NCBI GenBank assembly: GCA_900617105.1
Contig: UYFQ01000134.1
Span: 1 to 64,000, forward strand
Origin: Hydrurus foetidus
Lineage: Eukaryota
Length of the DNA stretch: 64,000 bases
Direction of reading: 5' to 3'
The notes below the pieces were generated by a model, which saw only the letters and a list, made by a program, of their open reading frames with translations, did not search any database and was not told the origin of the DNA. The position numbers and the translations under genes are program-made. Positions 35,632-47,139 of this stretch are shown piece after piece. Position 1 is the first letter of the stretch. Each line of letters opens with the position of its first letter.

Positions 35632-35730
35632 CTTGAAACTTTATCCATGAGGATTCTCTCCTATTTTTTTTACCTACAAGGTCTTTTTTGGAGAGTTTAG
35701 TCAGTAAAAGTCTGACATAATCGTTTCAAG
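35632..35730 (+). other. Predicted structured RNA element in the Gypsy-2 3' UTR
   Basis: CTTGAAAC/GTTTCAAG closing stem with ATCC/GGAT, CTCTCC/GGAGAG (inner ACCT/AGGT) and GTCAG/CTGAC arms. Confidence 0.6.
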
Positions 35731-35814
35731 TTCTTATACGCTATATATATATACATATACTTTTTTTTCTCTAACACACATGGTGTTGATTTTCAAAAAA
35801 GGAAGAAGGGGTAG

Positions 35815-36077
35815 TGTAGCCTTATTGCATCCCTAGGTGGATACAATGTGTCTAGGTAACTAGGTACAATAGGTACAATACGCCCAGATTCCAGTTTTGG
35901 GTCTTAGTTCTACATAGAACTCCCGCCTTGTTAGGAGACTGTACATCACCTATCCTTTAACTGTAAACTATAATCACAACGTTATCCTAACAACGTCGCT
36001 TTCCTTCGTCCCTCCGTGTCCCGCCCTCTGTCCTACCAACTTCGGTGCCATCGTCCTAGGTCCCGATCAGAGCCATA
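35815..36077 (+). repeat. 3' LTR of Gypsy-2
   Basis: Follows the PPT AAAAAAGGAAGAAGGGGTAG and repeats 30348-30610. Confidence 0.95.
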
Positions 36078-37072
36078 CAAGAAGGTAATGACCGAAATGT
36101 AGCTTCCTCTTCATATTTTTGTTTCCCGAGCTTATGAGCTAAGCCCAAGGAGTAATTGAGAATTCTCGTTGAGATTTTGGTTGTTCTTATCCCTCATTTA
36201 TCCCCATTCTTATTAAATTTTCCTAATTGATTCATTTCAGATCTAATTAATTCTTTATGCAACTTTATTTTTTCATTGTCACCTCTGTGCTCCTGCTCTA
36301 TAAATTTATCAATAAAAGAATAAAAGTTAAACCAATTTTGAGACTCATCTTCGATGATACTTATGAACCCATTTCTCTCGTGTTCAATATTTCTCCATTT
36401 CTCTACAGCTGATCTTATGTCTTTACAGATTAGTTTCCAGTAACATAATTTTTTTCGTAATCTGTTTATTGTTCTATTTTTTCTGCAATTACAACTTTGT
36501 TTTCTTCAACTTGTAAGTCGCTTTTTGGTTTCAGATCATTTATTGTATTATCTTTTTTTTGCAGAATTCGTTTGTGAACACTCATTAGAACTGTGTCACA
36601 TGGATGAAACCCCCTAGATTTTCGTCTATATAATTTACAGTCCTTACAACAGTCCTTCTCTTTCGTTGTATTTATATTAACAGCGCATTGATATGATTGT
36701 ATAAAGAATGAGTTGATGCTATCATCAGCCTTGAACACTAGGGCGGAGGGAGTTACGTATGATGTATTATCAATAGAGGATCTAACACTTTTGATCATTC
36801 TCGGCAGAAGAAATCCTATTCGCATTTCTCGACTGTTTGATTCTTTAATTCGGTTTATTATTTCCGTTAGTGAAGGACAATATTTCGAAGCATCAGTAGT
36901 CATTAAAAAAGTTTTAAAGTTTTTTTGACAAGACGAAAATATCCAAACTTCGAGAGATACAACACTGACTCCTTTACATTCAAAAAAACCCATACGATAA
37001 GTAGAATCATCATGTCCTTCCTAATAAAATTCAAAATATGAATATATATTATAATTTATCGAATGAGATAAG

Positions 37073-40000
37073 AAGTAGGGGGGAAAACGTACGTGTACCT
37101 ACAGTATAATGTACTAGATGTTAGCTACCAAAAACACATCAAGAAGTACGCGCATATCACTGACGTTCTCATACAAGGCACTTCATATACATATCTCATA
37201 CCTCATCGGAACTCATAGCTTGGTGAGGGGTGCTTGGTACCCCAGGGGTCAACCCAAAGTAGGAGGGAGAACGTACGTGTACCTACAGTATAATGCACTA
37301 GATGTTAGCTACCAAAAACACATCAAGAAGTACGCGCATATCACTGACGTTCTCATACAAGGCACTTCATATACATATCTCATACCTCATTGGAACTCAT
37401 AGCTTGGTGAGGGGTGCTTGGTACCCCAGGGGTCAACCCAAAGTAGGGGGAGAACGTACGTGTACCTACAGTATAATGCACTAGATGTTAGCTACCAAAA
37501 ACACATCAAGAAGTACGCGCATATCACTGACGTTCTCATACAAGGCACTTCATATACATATCTCATACCTCATTGGAACTCATAGCTTGGTGAGGGGTGC
37601 TTGGTACCCCAGGGGTCAACCCAAAGTAGGGGGGAGAACGTACGTGTACCTACAGTATAATGCACTAGATGTTAGCTACCAAAAACACATCAAGAAGTAC
37701 GCGCATATCACTGACGTTCTCATACAAGGCACTTCATATACATATCTCATACCTCATCGGAACTCATAGCTTGGTGAGGGGTGCTTGGTACCCCAGGGGT
37801 CAACCCAAAGTAGGGGGAGAACGTACGTGTACCTACAGTATAATGCACTAGATGTTAGCTACCAAAAACACATCAAGAAGTACGCGCATATCACTGACGT
37901 TCTCATACAAGGCACTTCATATACATATCTCATACCTCATTGGAACTCATAGCTTGGTGAGGGGTGCTTGGTACCCCAGGGGTCAACCCAAAGTAGGGGG
38001 GAGAACGTACGTGTACCTACAGTATAATGCACTAGATGTTAGCTACCAAAAACACATCAAGAAGTACGCGCATATCACTGACGTTCTGATAGAATGCACT
38101 TCATATACATATCTCATACCTCATTGGAACTCATAGCTTGGTGAGGGGTGCTTGGTACCCCAGGGGTCAACCCAAAGTAGGGGGGAGAACGTACGTGTAC
38201 CTACAGTATAATGCACTAGATGTTAGCTACCAAAAACACATCAAGAAGTACGCGCATATCACTGACGTTCTGATAGAATGCACTTCATATACATATCTCA
38301 TACCTCATTGGAACTCATAGCTTGGTGAGGGGTGCTTGGTACCCCAGGGGTCAACCCAAAGTAGGGGGAGAACGTACGTGTACCTACAGTATAATGCACT
38401 AGATGTTAGCTACCAAAAACACATCAAGAAGTACGCGCATATCACTGACGTTCTCATACAAGGCACTTCATATACATATCTCATACCTCATCGGAACTCA
38501 TAGCTTGGTGAGGGGTGCTTGGTACCCCAGGGGTCAACCCAAAGTAGGGGGAGAACGTACGTGTACCTACAGTATAATGCACTAGATGTTAGCTACCAAA
38601 AACACATCAAGAAGTACGCGCATATCACTGACGTTCTGATAGAATGCACTTCATATACATATCTCATACCTCATTGGAACTCATAGCTTGGTGAGGGGTG
38701 CTTGGTACCCCAGGGGTCAACCCAAAGTAGGGGGAGAACGTACGTGTACCTACAGTATAATGCACTAGATGTAAGCTACCAGAAACACATCAAGAAGTAC
38801 GCGCATATCACTGACGTTCTGATACAAGGCACTTCATATACATATCTCATACCTCATTGGAACTCATAGCTTGGTGAGGGGTGCTTGGTACCCCAGGGGT
38901 CAACCCAAAGTAGGGGGAGAACGTACGTGTACCTACAGTATAATGCACTAGATGTTAGCTACCAGAAACACATCAAGAAGTACGCGCATATCACTGACGT
39001 TCTGATACAAGGCACTTCATATACATATCTCATACCTCATTGGAACTCATAGCTTGGTGAGGGGTGCTTGGTACCCCAGGGGTCAACCCAAAGTAGGGGG
39101 AGAACGTACGTGTACCTACAGTATAATGCACTAGATGTTGGCTACCAAAAACACATCAAGAAGTACGCGCATATCACTGACGTTCTCATACAAGGCACTT
39201 CATATACATATCTCATACCTCATTGGAACTCATAGCTTGGTGAGGGGTGCTTGGTACCCCAGGGGTCAACCCAAAGTAGGAGGGAGAACGTACGTGTACC
39301 TACAGTATAATGCACTAGATGTTAGCTACCAAAAACACATCAAGAAGTACGCGCATATCACTGACGTTCTGATAGAATGCACTTCATATACATATCTCAT
39401 ACCTCATTGGAACTCATAGCTTGGTGAGGGGTGCTTGGTACCCCAGGGGTCAACCCAAAGTAGGGGGGAGAACGTACGTGTACCTACAGTATAATGCACT
39501 AGATGTAAGCTACCAGAAACACATCAAGAAGTACGCGCATATCACTGACGTTCTGATACAAGGCACTTCATATACATATCTCATACCTCATTGGAACTCA
39601 TAGCTTGGTGAGGGGTGCTTGGTACCCCAGGGGTCAACCCAAAGTAGGGGGAGAACGTACGTGTACCTACAGTATAATGCACTAGATGTTAGCTACCAAA
39701 AACACATCAAGAAGTACGCGCATATCACTGACGTTCTCATACAAGGCACTTCATATACATATCTCATACCTCATCGGAACTCATAGCTTGGTGAGGGGTG
39801 CTTGGTACCCCAGGGGTCAACCCAAAGTAGGAGGGAGAACGTACGTGTACCTACAGTATAATGCACTAGATGTTAGCTACCAAAAACACATCAAGAAGTA
39901 CGCGCATATCACTGACGTTCTGATAGAATGCACTTCATATACATATCTCATACCTCATCGGAACTCATAGCTTGGTGAGGGGTGCTTGGTACCCCAGGGG

Positions 40001-41173
40001 TCAACCCAAAGTAGGAGGGAGAACGTACGTGTACCTACAGTATAATGCACTAGATGTTAGCTACCAAAAACACATCAAGAAGTACGCGCATATCACTGAC
40101 GTTCTCATACAAGGCACTTCATATACATATCTCATACCTCATCGGAACTCATAGCTTGGTGAGGGGTGCTTGGTACCCCAGGGGTCAACCCAAAGTAGGG
40201 GGAGAACGTACGTGTACCTACAGTATAATGCACTAGATGTTAGCTACCAAAAACACATCAAGAAGTACGCGCATATCACTGACGTTCTCATACAAGGCAC
40301 TTCATATACATATCTCATACCTCATCGGAACTCATAGCTTGGTGAGGGGTGCTTGGTACCCCAGGGGTCAACCCAAAGTAGGGGGAGAACGTACGTGTAC
40401 CTACAGTATAATGCACTAGATGTTAGCTACCAAAAACACGTCAAGAAGTACGCGCATATCACTGACGTTCTCATACAAGGCACTTCATATACATATCTCA
40501 TACCTCATCGGAACTCATAGCTTGGTGAGGGGTGCTTGGTACCCCAGGGGTCAACCCAAAGTAGGAGGGAGAACGTACGTGTACCTACAGTATAATGCAC
40601 TAGATGTTAGCTACCAAAAACACATCAAGAAGTACGCGCATATCACTGACGTTCTCATACAAGGCACTTCATATACATATCTCATACCTCATCGGAACTC
40701 ATAGCTTGGTGAGGGGTGCTTGGTACCCCAGGGGTCAACCCAAAGTAGGAGGGAGAACGTACGTGTACCTACAGTATAATGCACTAGATGTTAGCTACCA
40801 AAAACACGTCAAGAAGTACGCGCATATCACTGACGTTCTCATACAAGGCACTTCATATACATATCTCATACCTCATCGGAACTCATAGCTTGGTGAGGGG
40901 TGCTTGGTACCCCAGGGGTCAACCCAAAGTAGGGGGAGAACGTACGTGTACCTACAGTATAATGCACTAGATGTTAGCTACCAAAAACACATCAAGAAGT
41001 ACGCGCATATCACTGACGTTCTCATACAAGGCACTTCATATACATATCTCATACCTCATTGGAACTCATAGCTTGGTGAGGGGTGCTTGGTACCCCAGGG
41101 GTCAACCCAAAGTAGGGGGGAGAACGTACGTGTACCTACAGTATAATGCACTAGATGTTGGCTACCAAAAACA
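37073..41173. repeat. Satellite-like tandem array, 183-184-bp unit, ~22 copies
   Basis: Head-to-tail near-identical units with a few recurring variant sites and no unique spacers. Confidence 0.97.
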
Positions 41174-42024
41174 TTTTTAAAATCTGTTGAATTTTGAGAA
41201 GGCACAAATTAATTTTACAGTTTTTGTGATTTATGAGTTCCATCTGCAGTCTCACCGTCGACTTTTTTTAGACGATCTGCTATTCAGGTCCAAATCTACG
41301 GTACTGAACTCCTTGAGCTCGAATGACTCGCCACACCGATAAGAAACCATTATATCACTGCTTCTTGTGAAAGCGATCCCATGGGAAGAGAAAACGTTGC
41401 ATATCGAGCTCTTTTTACAGAGTCTACGGATGAGGGAAATGATTGTTTCCTTCGTCACAGCGTATCCAGATACGTTGATAATGCTGATTAACGTTCTCTC
41501 CCCAGGATAGGATAATGCAGATGGTTGCTTTCTCAACTCGTCGATGAAAAAATCATCAAGCGATCTTTTGAAAATGCAAACCGCCTCGTAACCTGTGACT
41601 CCGTTCGTTCCAAGATGAAAAATAAGCCGAAGGTTAGAAAACTATCATTTCTAGAGCGCATCTGCAGAAAATTTGCCAGTCGACATGAAACATCTTATGA
41701 AATCTACTACTTGAGAGGGTGCAGATGCGCTTCGGAGGCTGATTCAAATTTATGATCGTATTTCAGATCCAATCATAACAAAAGTAAATTTTACAGTCAT
41801 GAAGCACCATAACAATAAAATTCTCACGTCATCGGGTGAGCACTCTGTTTCTTGAGAGGGAACGTTTCGGCAGATCGTGATGTGGGGGCTGATCCTCGTT
41901 CTTTCCGTGATAATAGCAGGTGAACGCTGCTTCTGCTATCACTTGCTGTCAGGTATTTGAAACTTGGGTGAGGAGGCGGTGAGAAAAAGCTGGGCGGGGC
42001 AGGGGCTTGTAAGTGCCCCCTCTC

Positions 42025-42032
42025 CTTTTATA
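42025..42032 (-). promoter_or_regulatory. TATA box (TATAAAAG) inside the right TIR, facing the transposase gene
   Basis: Reverse complement of the left TIR motif. Promoter function is inferred. Confidence 0.5.
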
Positions 42033-42073
42033 CCCCCTTGGTACAGCATGCATACAGCAAGGCCTTGCATACA

Positions 42074-42267
42074 GGTTTGCATATTAATTTGCAGCCACCC
42101 CACCCTGCACTTGAACTCGAAACGGGAATTTACATCGTTTTTGATTATGGAACGTCGATTCTAGGCCAAAATTACCGAGATTTTGAGGATTGTTCTTCTG
42201 TTGAGGGGTAAAAAGGCTTCGAGTTCATGTCCAGGGTGGGGTGCTGCTGCAAATTAATATGCAAACC
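42074..42267. mobile_element. 194-bp MITE (Harbinger/Tourist-like)
   Basis: ~47-bp imperfect TIR GGTTTGCATATTAATTTGCAGC..., ACA on both sides. Confidence 0.75.
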
Positions 42268-42888
42268 ACAATACAAGTAGGATTCAAATTCCGTGTCAGG
42301 TTCAAGTTTCGTGTCAATTAATTTCCAGAAAACTACTGCAGCACTTCGATATCCATCACTGCATCCTCGACAAACACAACTAGTGCGCGAAATTAAAGTC
42401 GCATTGTCAGTACCCCAAATTTGAGAGGTCGTCAAGGAAGATATTCTGCCATGCGGAGTCTAACGCCGCTCTTTGCCTTCTCCAAATTGGAGAGCAAATT
42501 ATCAGAGCAGCGATGGCGAATCCTTACGTCAGGTAGAGCACAGCCGTACCAACCACATCTGCTGCGATTTCCTCCCAGATCTAGAATTCATCATGCTTCA
42601 CTTTAACATCAGTGACTTGAATATCTTGCAGCAGCTATGTTATTGCAGTGGAAGTCGACGTGGTTATATCAAAAATTACAATACGTCGGATGAAAAGCAG
42701 CACGAGTAACGGCATCTTCGCTGAGATGAGCGACTGCGTGGATGCTTTTGCAAACGATGAAGCAGGCAAAAAGCGGTATGCAATGCAGTGAATGCCTGTG
42801 CGAGCAAATTCTAATTTATGATGTATCAGACTACAGAAGTAAGGGTGTTCTCCATTTAGTTTCATGCAACGATATCTAAGGCGACGAT

Positions 42889-45046
42889 TCACTTCATGCA
42901 GATTGCTTGATGCTGGGTGGACATCGCAACACAAGCCACTTCATTGCAGAAGAGGAGCCGGCATTTCTTTTTCCTGCAACCAGTCCAGAATTTGCGGACT
43001 GCAGCTGTAGCAGATGCTACGCAGTTGGCGTTGCCGCAACGCATCATCTTTTGCGGCAACGGGACTATGACGTCGGCATTCTCATCAATGGCATCAGGTA
43101 AACGCCGATTTGTCACTATAGCGTCATCAGCAGTTGCCTCGTTAGGATGTCCCTCTCGAAATTGCCGGTGCATGAACTCATTGTCTTTCTCAACTTCCTC
43201 CATCTCACGTGCAAGAAGCTTTTCTCTAGAGCTTCCCATCACAATCGGACTATTAATCCAGATGCATCTTCCACGATTAATTGCACATGTATCAGATTTT
43301 CTCTGATCTGGATCAAAGGTCAATAAATCGGCGAAAGGTCTCTAGATCTCTGCGTCGTAAAGGCGTCCCTTTCTTGCCAGTATTGCCAAATCAGGTATTC
43401 TGTCTAGGACAATTTTTGCTGTTGACAGTGGCACTTGACTCCACCCTGCCCATCCTGACATGATTATACTGATATCTAATGGCCAAATGCCTGATTTGCT
43501 GAAACCATCTCTGACTGTTGATGGTTGACATGACTTTGCGATGCATTCAGGAAGCTGGCAGATGGCAGTCCAATAGGTTGTGAAGCTTGCCTTATCAAGA
43601 CCACTCTCAAGCAGCATTTCCCTCACAGGCTTCATGCAGAATGGAACATGGAAGGAGGTCTGAGTAAGGTACTTAGCCGACTTGTAGGAGCTGTGCATAT
43701 TGCAGTGCATCCTTCTCACATCATTTGGTTGCTGGCACATCGTTGATGCGGCTGCGAATTTGAATGCTTCGCAATTTTCATCAATTAACTGTTTATTCAG
43801 ATGCCTAAAGAACGGTTCACTTTGCTGCCAACATCCATCGACCGTAAGAATTCATTTCGAACACTCCTCTATCAGCTTTTCAAGATGTGCTAATATCTCT
43901 TCTTCTCTCATAGGTAGCGACATTTCCTGGAATGTAGCCGACCTTCTGATTTCCTCGATCATACGAGCTCTGCGCGAGAGCGACTCGGGTAGGACTGCTC
44001 GAGTCCACATCTCTTTCATCAGCAGCGTCCCATCATAACTTGGTGGTATGAGGAAACAGTAGAGCCCATCGCTGATATAATGCATGAAAGTATGTGTGAT
44101 GATATTTCTTTTAGTCATCTTTGCCATCTTAATCACGCGCAAGTAATTCATTGACGTAGAATACCTTGTAACTTTTTAAACCAACAAAATTGTCGTCTTT
44201 GATTATAGCTATTGCGCACTCGACTTCTCCCTCAGCGTTGGTGTCTGATAGAACGGAGGTCCGTAGCATTCAATTTGTGTTTATCAAATCAAATTTAAAA
44301 AAACTTACTGAGTCCAATCTTGAGTGTCCTTCTTTGACCTTGATTTCTCGTTGTTGATGGGGTCAAGTTGCGTTTCTTCAGTAGCTTAGCACCGACAGCG
44401 CTAAGTTTCAATGGCAACTTCTTGCCGAAACCATTTAGCTCTATACTTAGTTCGTCCCAAGAGTGGATTTGCCTCGGGTCAACCACTCCCATAGTTACTG
44501 CCGTCCAAGTAGCAGCACATGATAGTGCATTCCGTGGGTTCAGCAGTGCCTTCTGCCTACTTGTGTTCTGCACACCTTCACTATTCACTACGGATGGTGC
44601 AACCTTATTGACGGCTCGCATACTGGTGCTTTTGCTGACAGTCTTGGGTGATGCCAATGGATTTGACTGCTCATCTCTCCTAAATTTGTCGATACTAGCT
44701 AAGATTGTTGAAGTGCTGGTTGTGGAATTCTTCGATGCATCGTTTACTTCAGCCGCCCGTGTTGCATTCTTTATTACGTCGGCACCTATCAGATTTTTAG
44801 GACCGCGTTTCTTCGGCACCCTCTTTCCGTTGGCTTTCTCTTCTCTGTATCTTCAAGAAGAACGTGTGCAAATGAGACACACCTGCATGCTTACATTATA
44901 TGCACCGTAAAATCAATATTTACGAACCTCTGCAGTGTAGCAGCCTTGTGCACCTTTCCGCCGAGTCTGATTGCTAGAGCGCATGCTTTCTCTAGATTTT
45001 CAGCTGGCGAAAGCGCAGCCGCTGGCGATGATCTCAGTTTCACCAT
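42889..45046 (-). pseudogene. pogo-like DD38D transposase with Cys-rich C-terminus, spliced, two in-frame stops
   Basis: PRNALS, IHSWDEL, LTVDGCWQ, QQPNDV, GFSKSGIWP and RCIWINS align by eye with the 18797 transposase. In-frame TGA (43852) and TAG (43342). Confidence 0.8.
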
Positions 45047-45110
45047 TGACACTCTCACAAAATTTGAGCAGATTCTTCTAAAAGATGAATGAGTCTGTTG
45101 CAATACACTG

Positions 45111-45547
45111 GGCGGCGCAGTCTCGGGTAAAATAATCATGTCCAAAAAATTTCCTCAGAGGGGGATATTGGCAAAACTTTTGTGAAATGCAAAACTTTTC
45201 GCCACTCAGAACGTCACCGTGAATACCGGATACGGGATACCGGATAAGAGTTACGGTATAAATTTTACCGGATACGGCATAATATTTACCGGAGACGGCA
45301 TAATATTTACCGGAGACAATATATTATACCAGAAACGTTATGATATTTACCGCAGACCCCGTGAAAGGTACCGAATGATGACCGTGATTGGTCACAGAAA
45401 CCGCATAATGACAGTATTTGGTCGAAGGAACCGGATAATATCTAAAAAAGATTTGCACTCCTGAAAAGTTTTGTCGATGTTCATCTCAAGGGGGGGGGGG
45501 GGGGATTTCCGGTTGGACGTGATTATTTTACCCGTGACTGCGCCGCC
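45111..45547. mobile_element. MITE nested in the CAAGTA element
   Basis: 35-bp TIR GGCGGCGCAGTCTCGGGTAAAATAATCATGTCCAA (2 mismatches), CTG on both sides, internal TTTACCGG repeats. Confidence 0.75.
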
Positions 45548-45728
45548 CTGGTTGAGAAAGTGTAGCTTTCATGGTAATTTTCAAGTTTTCTGGAAATTAA
45601 TTGACACGAAACTTGAACCTGACACGGAATTTGAATCCTACTTGAATACGGTATTACGTTTGTAACGTCGTGGGTATGATATGTTGCAACATGCCGCAGC
45701 TCACGACAACTTCATAAAAGTGCAGCAG

Positions 45729-46553
45729 ATGGCCGCCCAAAAAACATTGTTCGTTTTCCAGCTATTTGCCGCATTCTTCCTTCCGCAGGTCACATCTTTT
45801 TTTCAATGTCGGCAACACCACAATCCAGTGATGGCTAACATAATGCCGATATCTATGAGTCTCAAATCTGATTTAACAACGAAGTACCTCATCATATGGG
45901 ATTGCGATGGGGTCCTTGTGGACAGTGAGGCATTATTGAAAGAAGGAGAGGTTGAGGGATTGGCTAGGGCTGGCTTCGAATTATCAGTCGACGATTGCGT
46001 ACGGCTTTTCAGCGGTGTAAGTGTCGACGAAGCTGCATCCAACTTCTTCAAAGAAAAGCAGAAATCCCTCCCAGAAAATTTCTTTAAGGAGCAGATTGCA
46101 GGCTCTTTGCAGCTCTTTCGTGACAGACTAGTTCCACTCATGACAAGAACAGTAACGTCACTACATACTGAGGGTTACGACATGTGTGTGGCTTCCGGAT
46201 CTCCACTGAACAGAGTGCAGCTGTGCTTAGAACTCGCCGGCATTGATCAGTGTTTCAAAGCTGGGACGGTGTACACGAGAGAGCTTGTGCAGCGAGGCAA
46301 ACCTGCACCCGATTTGTTCCTTTACGCTGCGGAGAAGATGAATTATTTGCCAGAGGAATGCATTGTCGTTGAAGATAGTACCGCTGGCATTGAGGCTGCA
46401 CAGGCAGCAGGGATGAGAGTGATTGGTTATCTTGGCGGAGGTCATGCAAAGGCAGCATGGTACCAGAAAGCTATTGAGTCCTACGGCATTCCACTCGCTT
46501 ACACTCAAGAAGAAGTGTTCGACTTGTTAGTCAGTGGTAGGAAACCGGTTTAA
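45729..46553 (+). CDS. HAD-superfamily hydrolase (subfamily IA, CbbY/YieH-like) with bipartite plastid-type presequence
   Basis: WDCDGVLVDSE, VASGS, GKPAPDLFL and VVEDS motifs. Hydrophobic signal peptide ending VTS-FF. The ORF track start at 45681 is upstream and in frame. Confidence 0.9.
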   Translation: MAAQKTLFVFQLFAAFFLPQVTSFFQCRQHHNPVMANIMPISMSLKSDLTTKYLIIWDCDGVLVDSEALLKEGEVEGLARAGFELSVDDCVRLFSGVSVDEAASNFFKEKQKSLPENFFKEQIAGSLQLFRDRLVPLMTRTVTSLHTEGYDMCVASGSPLNRVQLCLELAGIDQCFKAGTVYTRELVQRGKPAPDLFLYAAEKMNYLPEECIVVEDSTAGIEAAQAAGMRVIGYLGGGHAKAAWYQKAIESYGIPLAYTQEEVFDLLVSGRKPV

Positions 46554-47139
46554 AACACCAATGGCACTCGTGCATGGAATGTATCTTGATGTCAACAACT
46601 CTTTCTTGACATCGGCAGCAGACTTTATTGGATTAATCTGTTTTCCTCCCTTTTTCCTGTTTGATTTCTTGAAGCACACACCACGAGATCGATTTTTTAG
46701 AAACAAAAAATTAAATGCAAAAAGCAAAAACGAAATTTCCATTAATTCCTGTCATAATTTCGTACTTCCACACTTTCTGTGTTACATCATATTCTAATCC
46801 ACCTATTGCTAAGTGATGAGAACTCCAATTTTTAAGTTGTTTTGTTTGTTTATATTTATCATGAGCAATATAACGTAGCGATACCAATGTTCACACGCAG
46901 AAGATTCTCTCACACCAGAGCTATAGGCTCATTTGAAAAAAAATTAAGATCAGTTGTGCTCAATTTAATTTGGTAATTTCCACTTATAATAGATGACTGC
47001 CTGATGACAGTCATAAAATACAATAATTGTTCCATGTTATAATTGACGTGGCAAATGTATCATTCTATCATGGAGGCGTTCGTCAGAAGAATATTCGTTG
47101 ATATGATATACCATGTACGAGTTGTAAACGTAAAGTCCC

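Larger units (their letters stand above)
30348..36077 (+). mobile_element. Full-length Ty3/Gypsy chromodomain LTR retrotransposon (Gypsy-2)
   Basis: Two 263-bp LTRs that appear identical, CAAG target duplication (30344-30347, 36078-36081), PPT before 35815. Confidence 0.97.
28480..41620 (-). pseudogene. P-element/THAP9-type transposase, spliced, disrupted by a Gypsy insertion and a premature stop
   Basis: LPSWCTL (rebuilt across the Gypsy site), FLMDEM, IGDGAQCNR, DPSHVVKK, FEILNS and SQDLVENAFSRIR motifs. Introns near 30250-30329 and 29824-29912. In-frame TAA at 29209. The 5' extent beyond 37020 is inferred. Confidence 0.85.
26620..42040. mobile_element. P-element-like DNA transposon (15.4 kb including nested Gypsy and satellite)
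   Basis: Perfect 26-bp TIR CAAGGGGGTATAAAAGGAGAGGGGGC (26620-26645, 42015-42040) enclosing a P-type transposase. No matching TSD found. Confidence 0.8.
42274..45644 (-). mobile_element. pogo-like DNA transposon with CAAGTA termini
   Basis: Perfect 61-bp TIR (42274-42334, 45584-45644), AATA direct repeat at 42270-42273 and 45645-45648. Confidence 0.9.

Noticed and set aside
37073..41173. CRISPR array or repeated small protein genes (MLATKNTSRS ORFs)
   Set aside because: Units are contiguous and near-identical with no unique spacers or cas genes. The ORFs change frame with 1-bp unit length variation.
37073..41173. 5S rRNA, snRNA or hammerhead-ribozyme satellite
   Set aside because: No recognisable 5S/snRNA motifs and no CUGANGA...GAAA core on either strand by eye.
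43342..43854. Stop-codon readthrough or alternative genetic code in the DD38D transposase
   Set aside because: The two stops differ (TGA, TAG), host genes use standard stops, and pseudogenisation is the simpler explanation.
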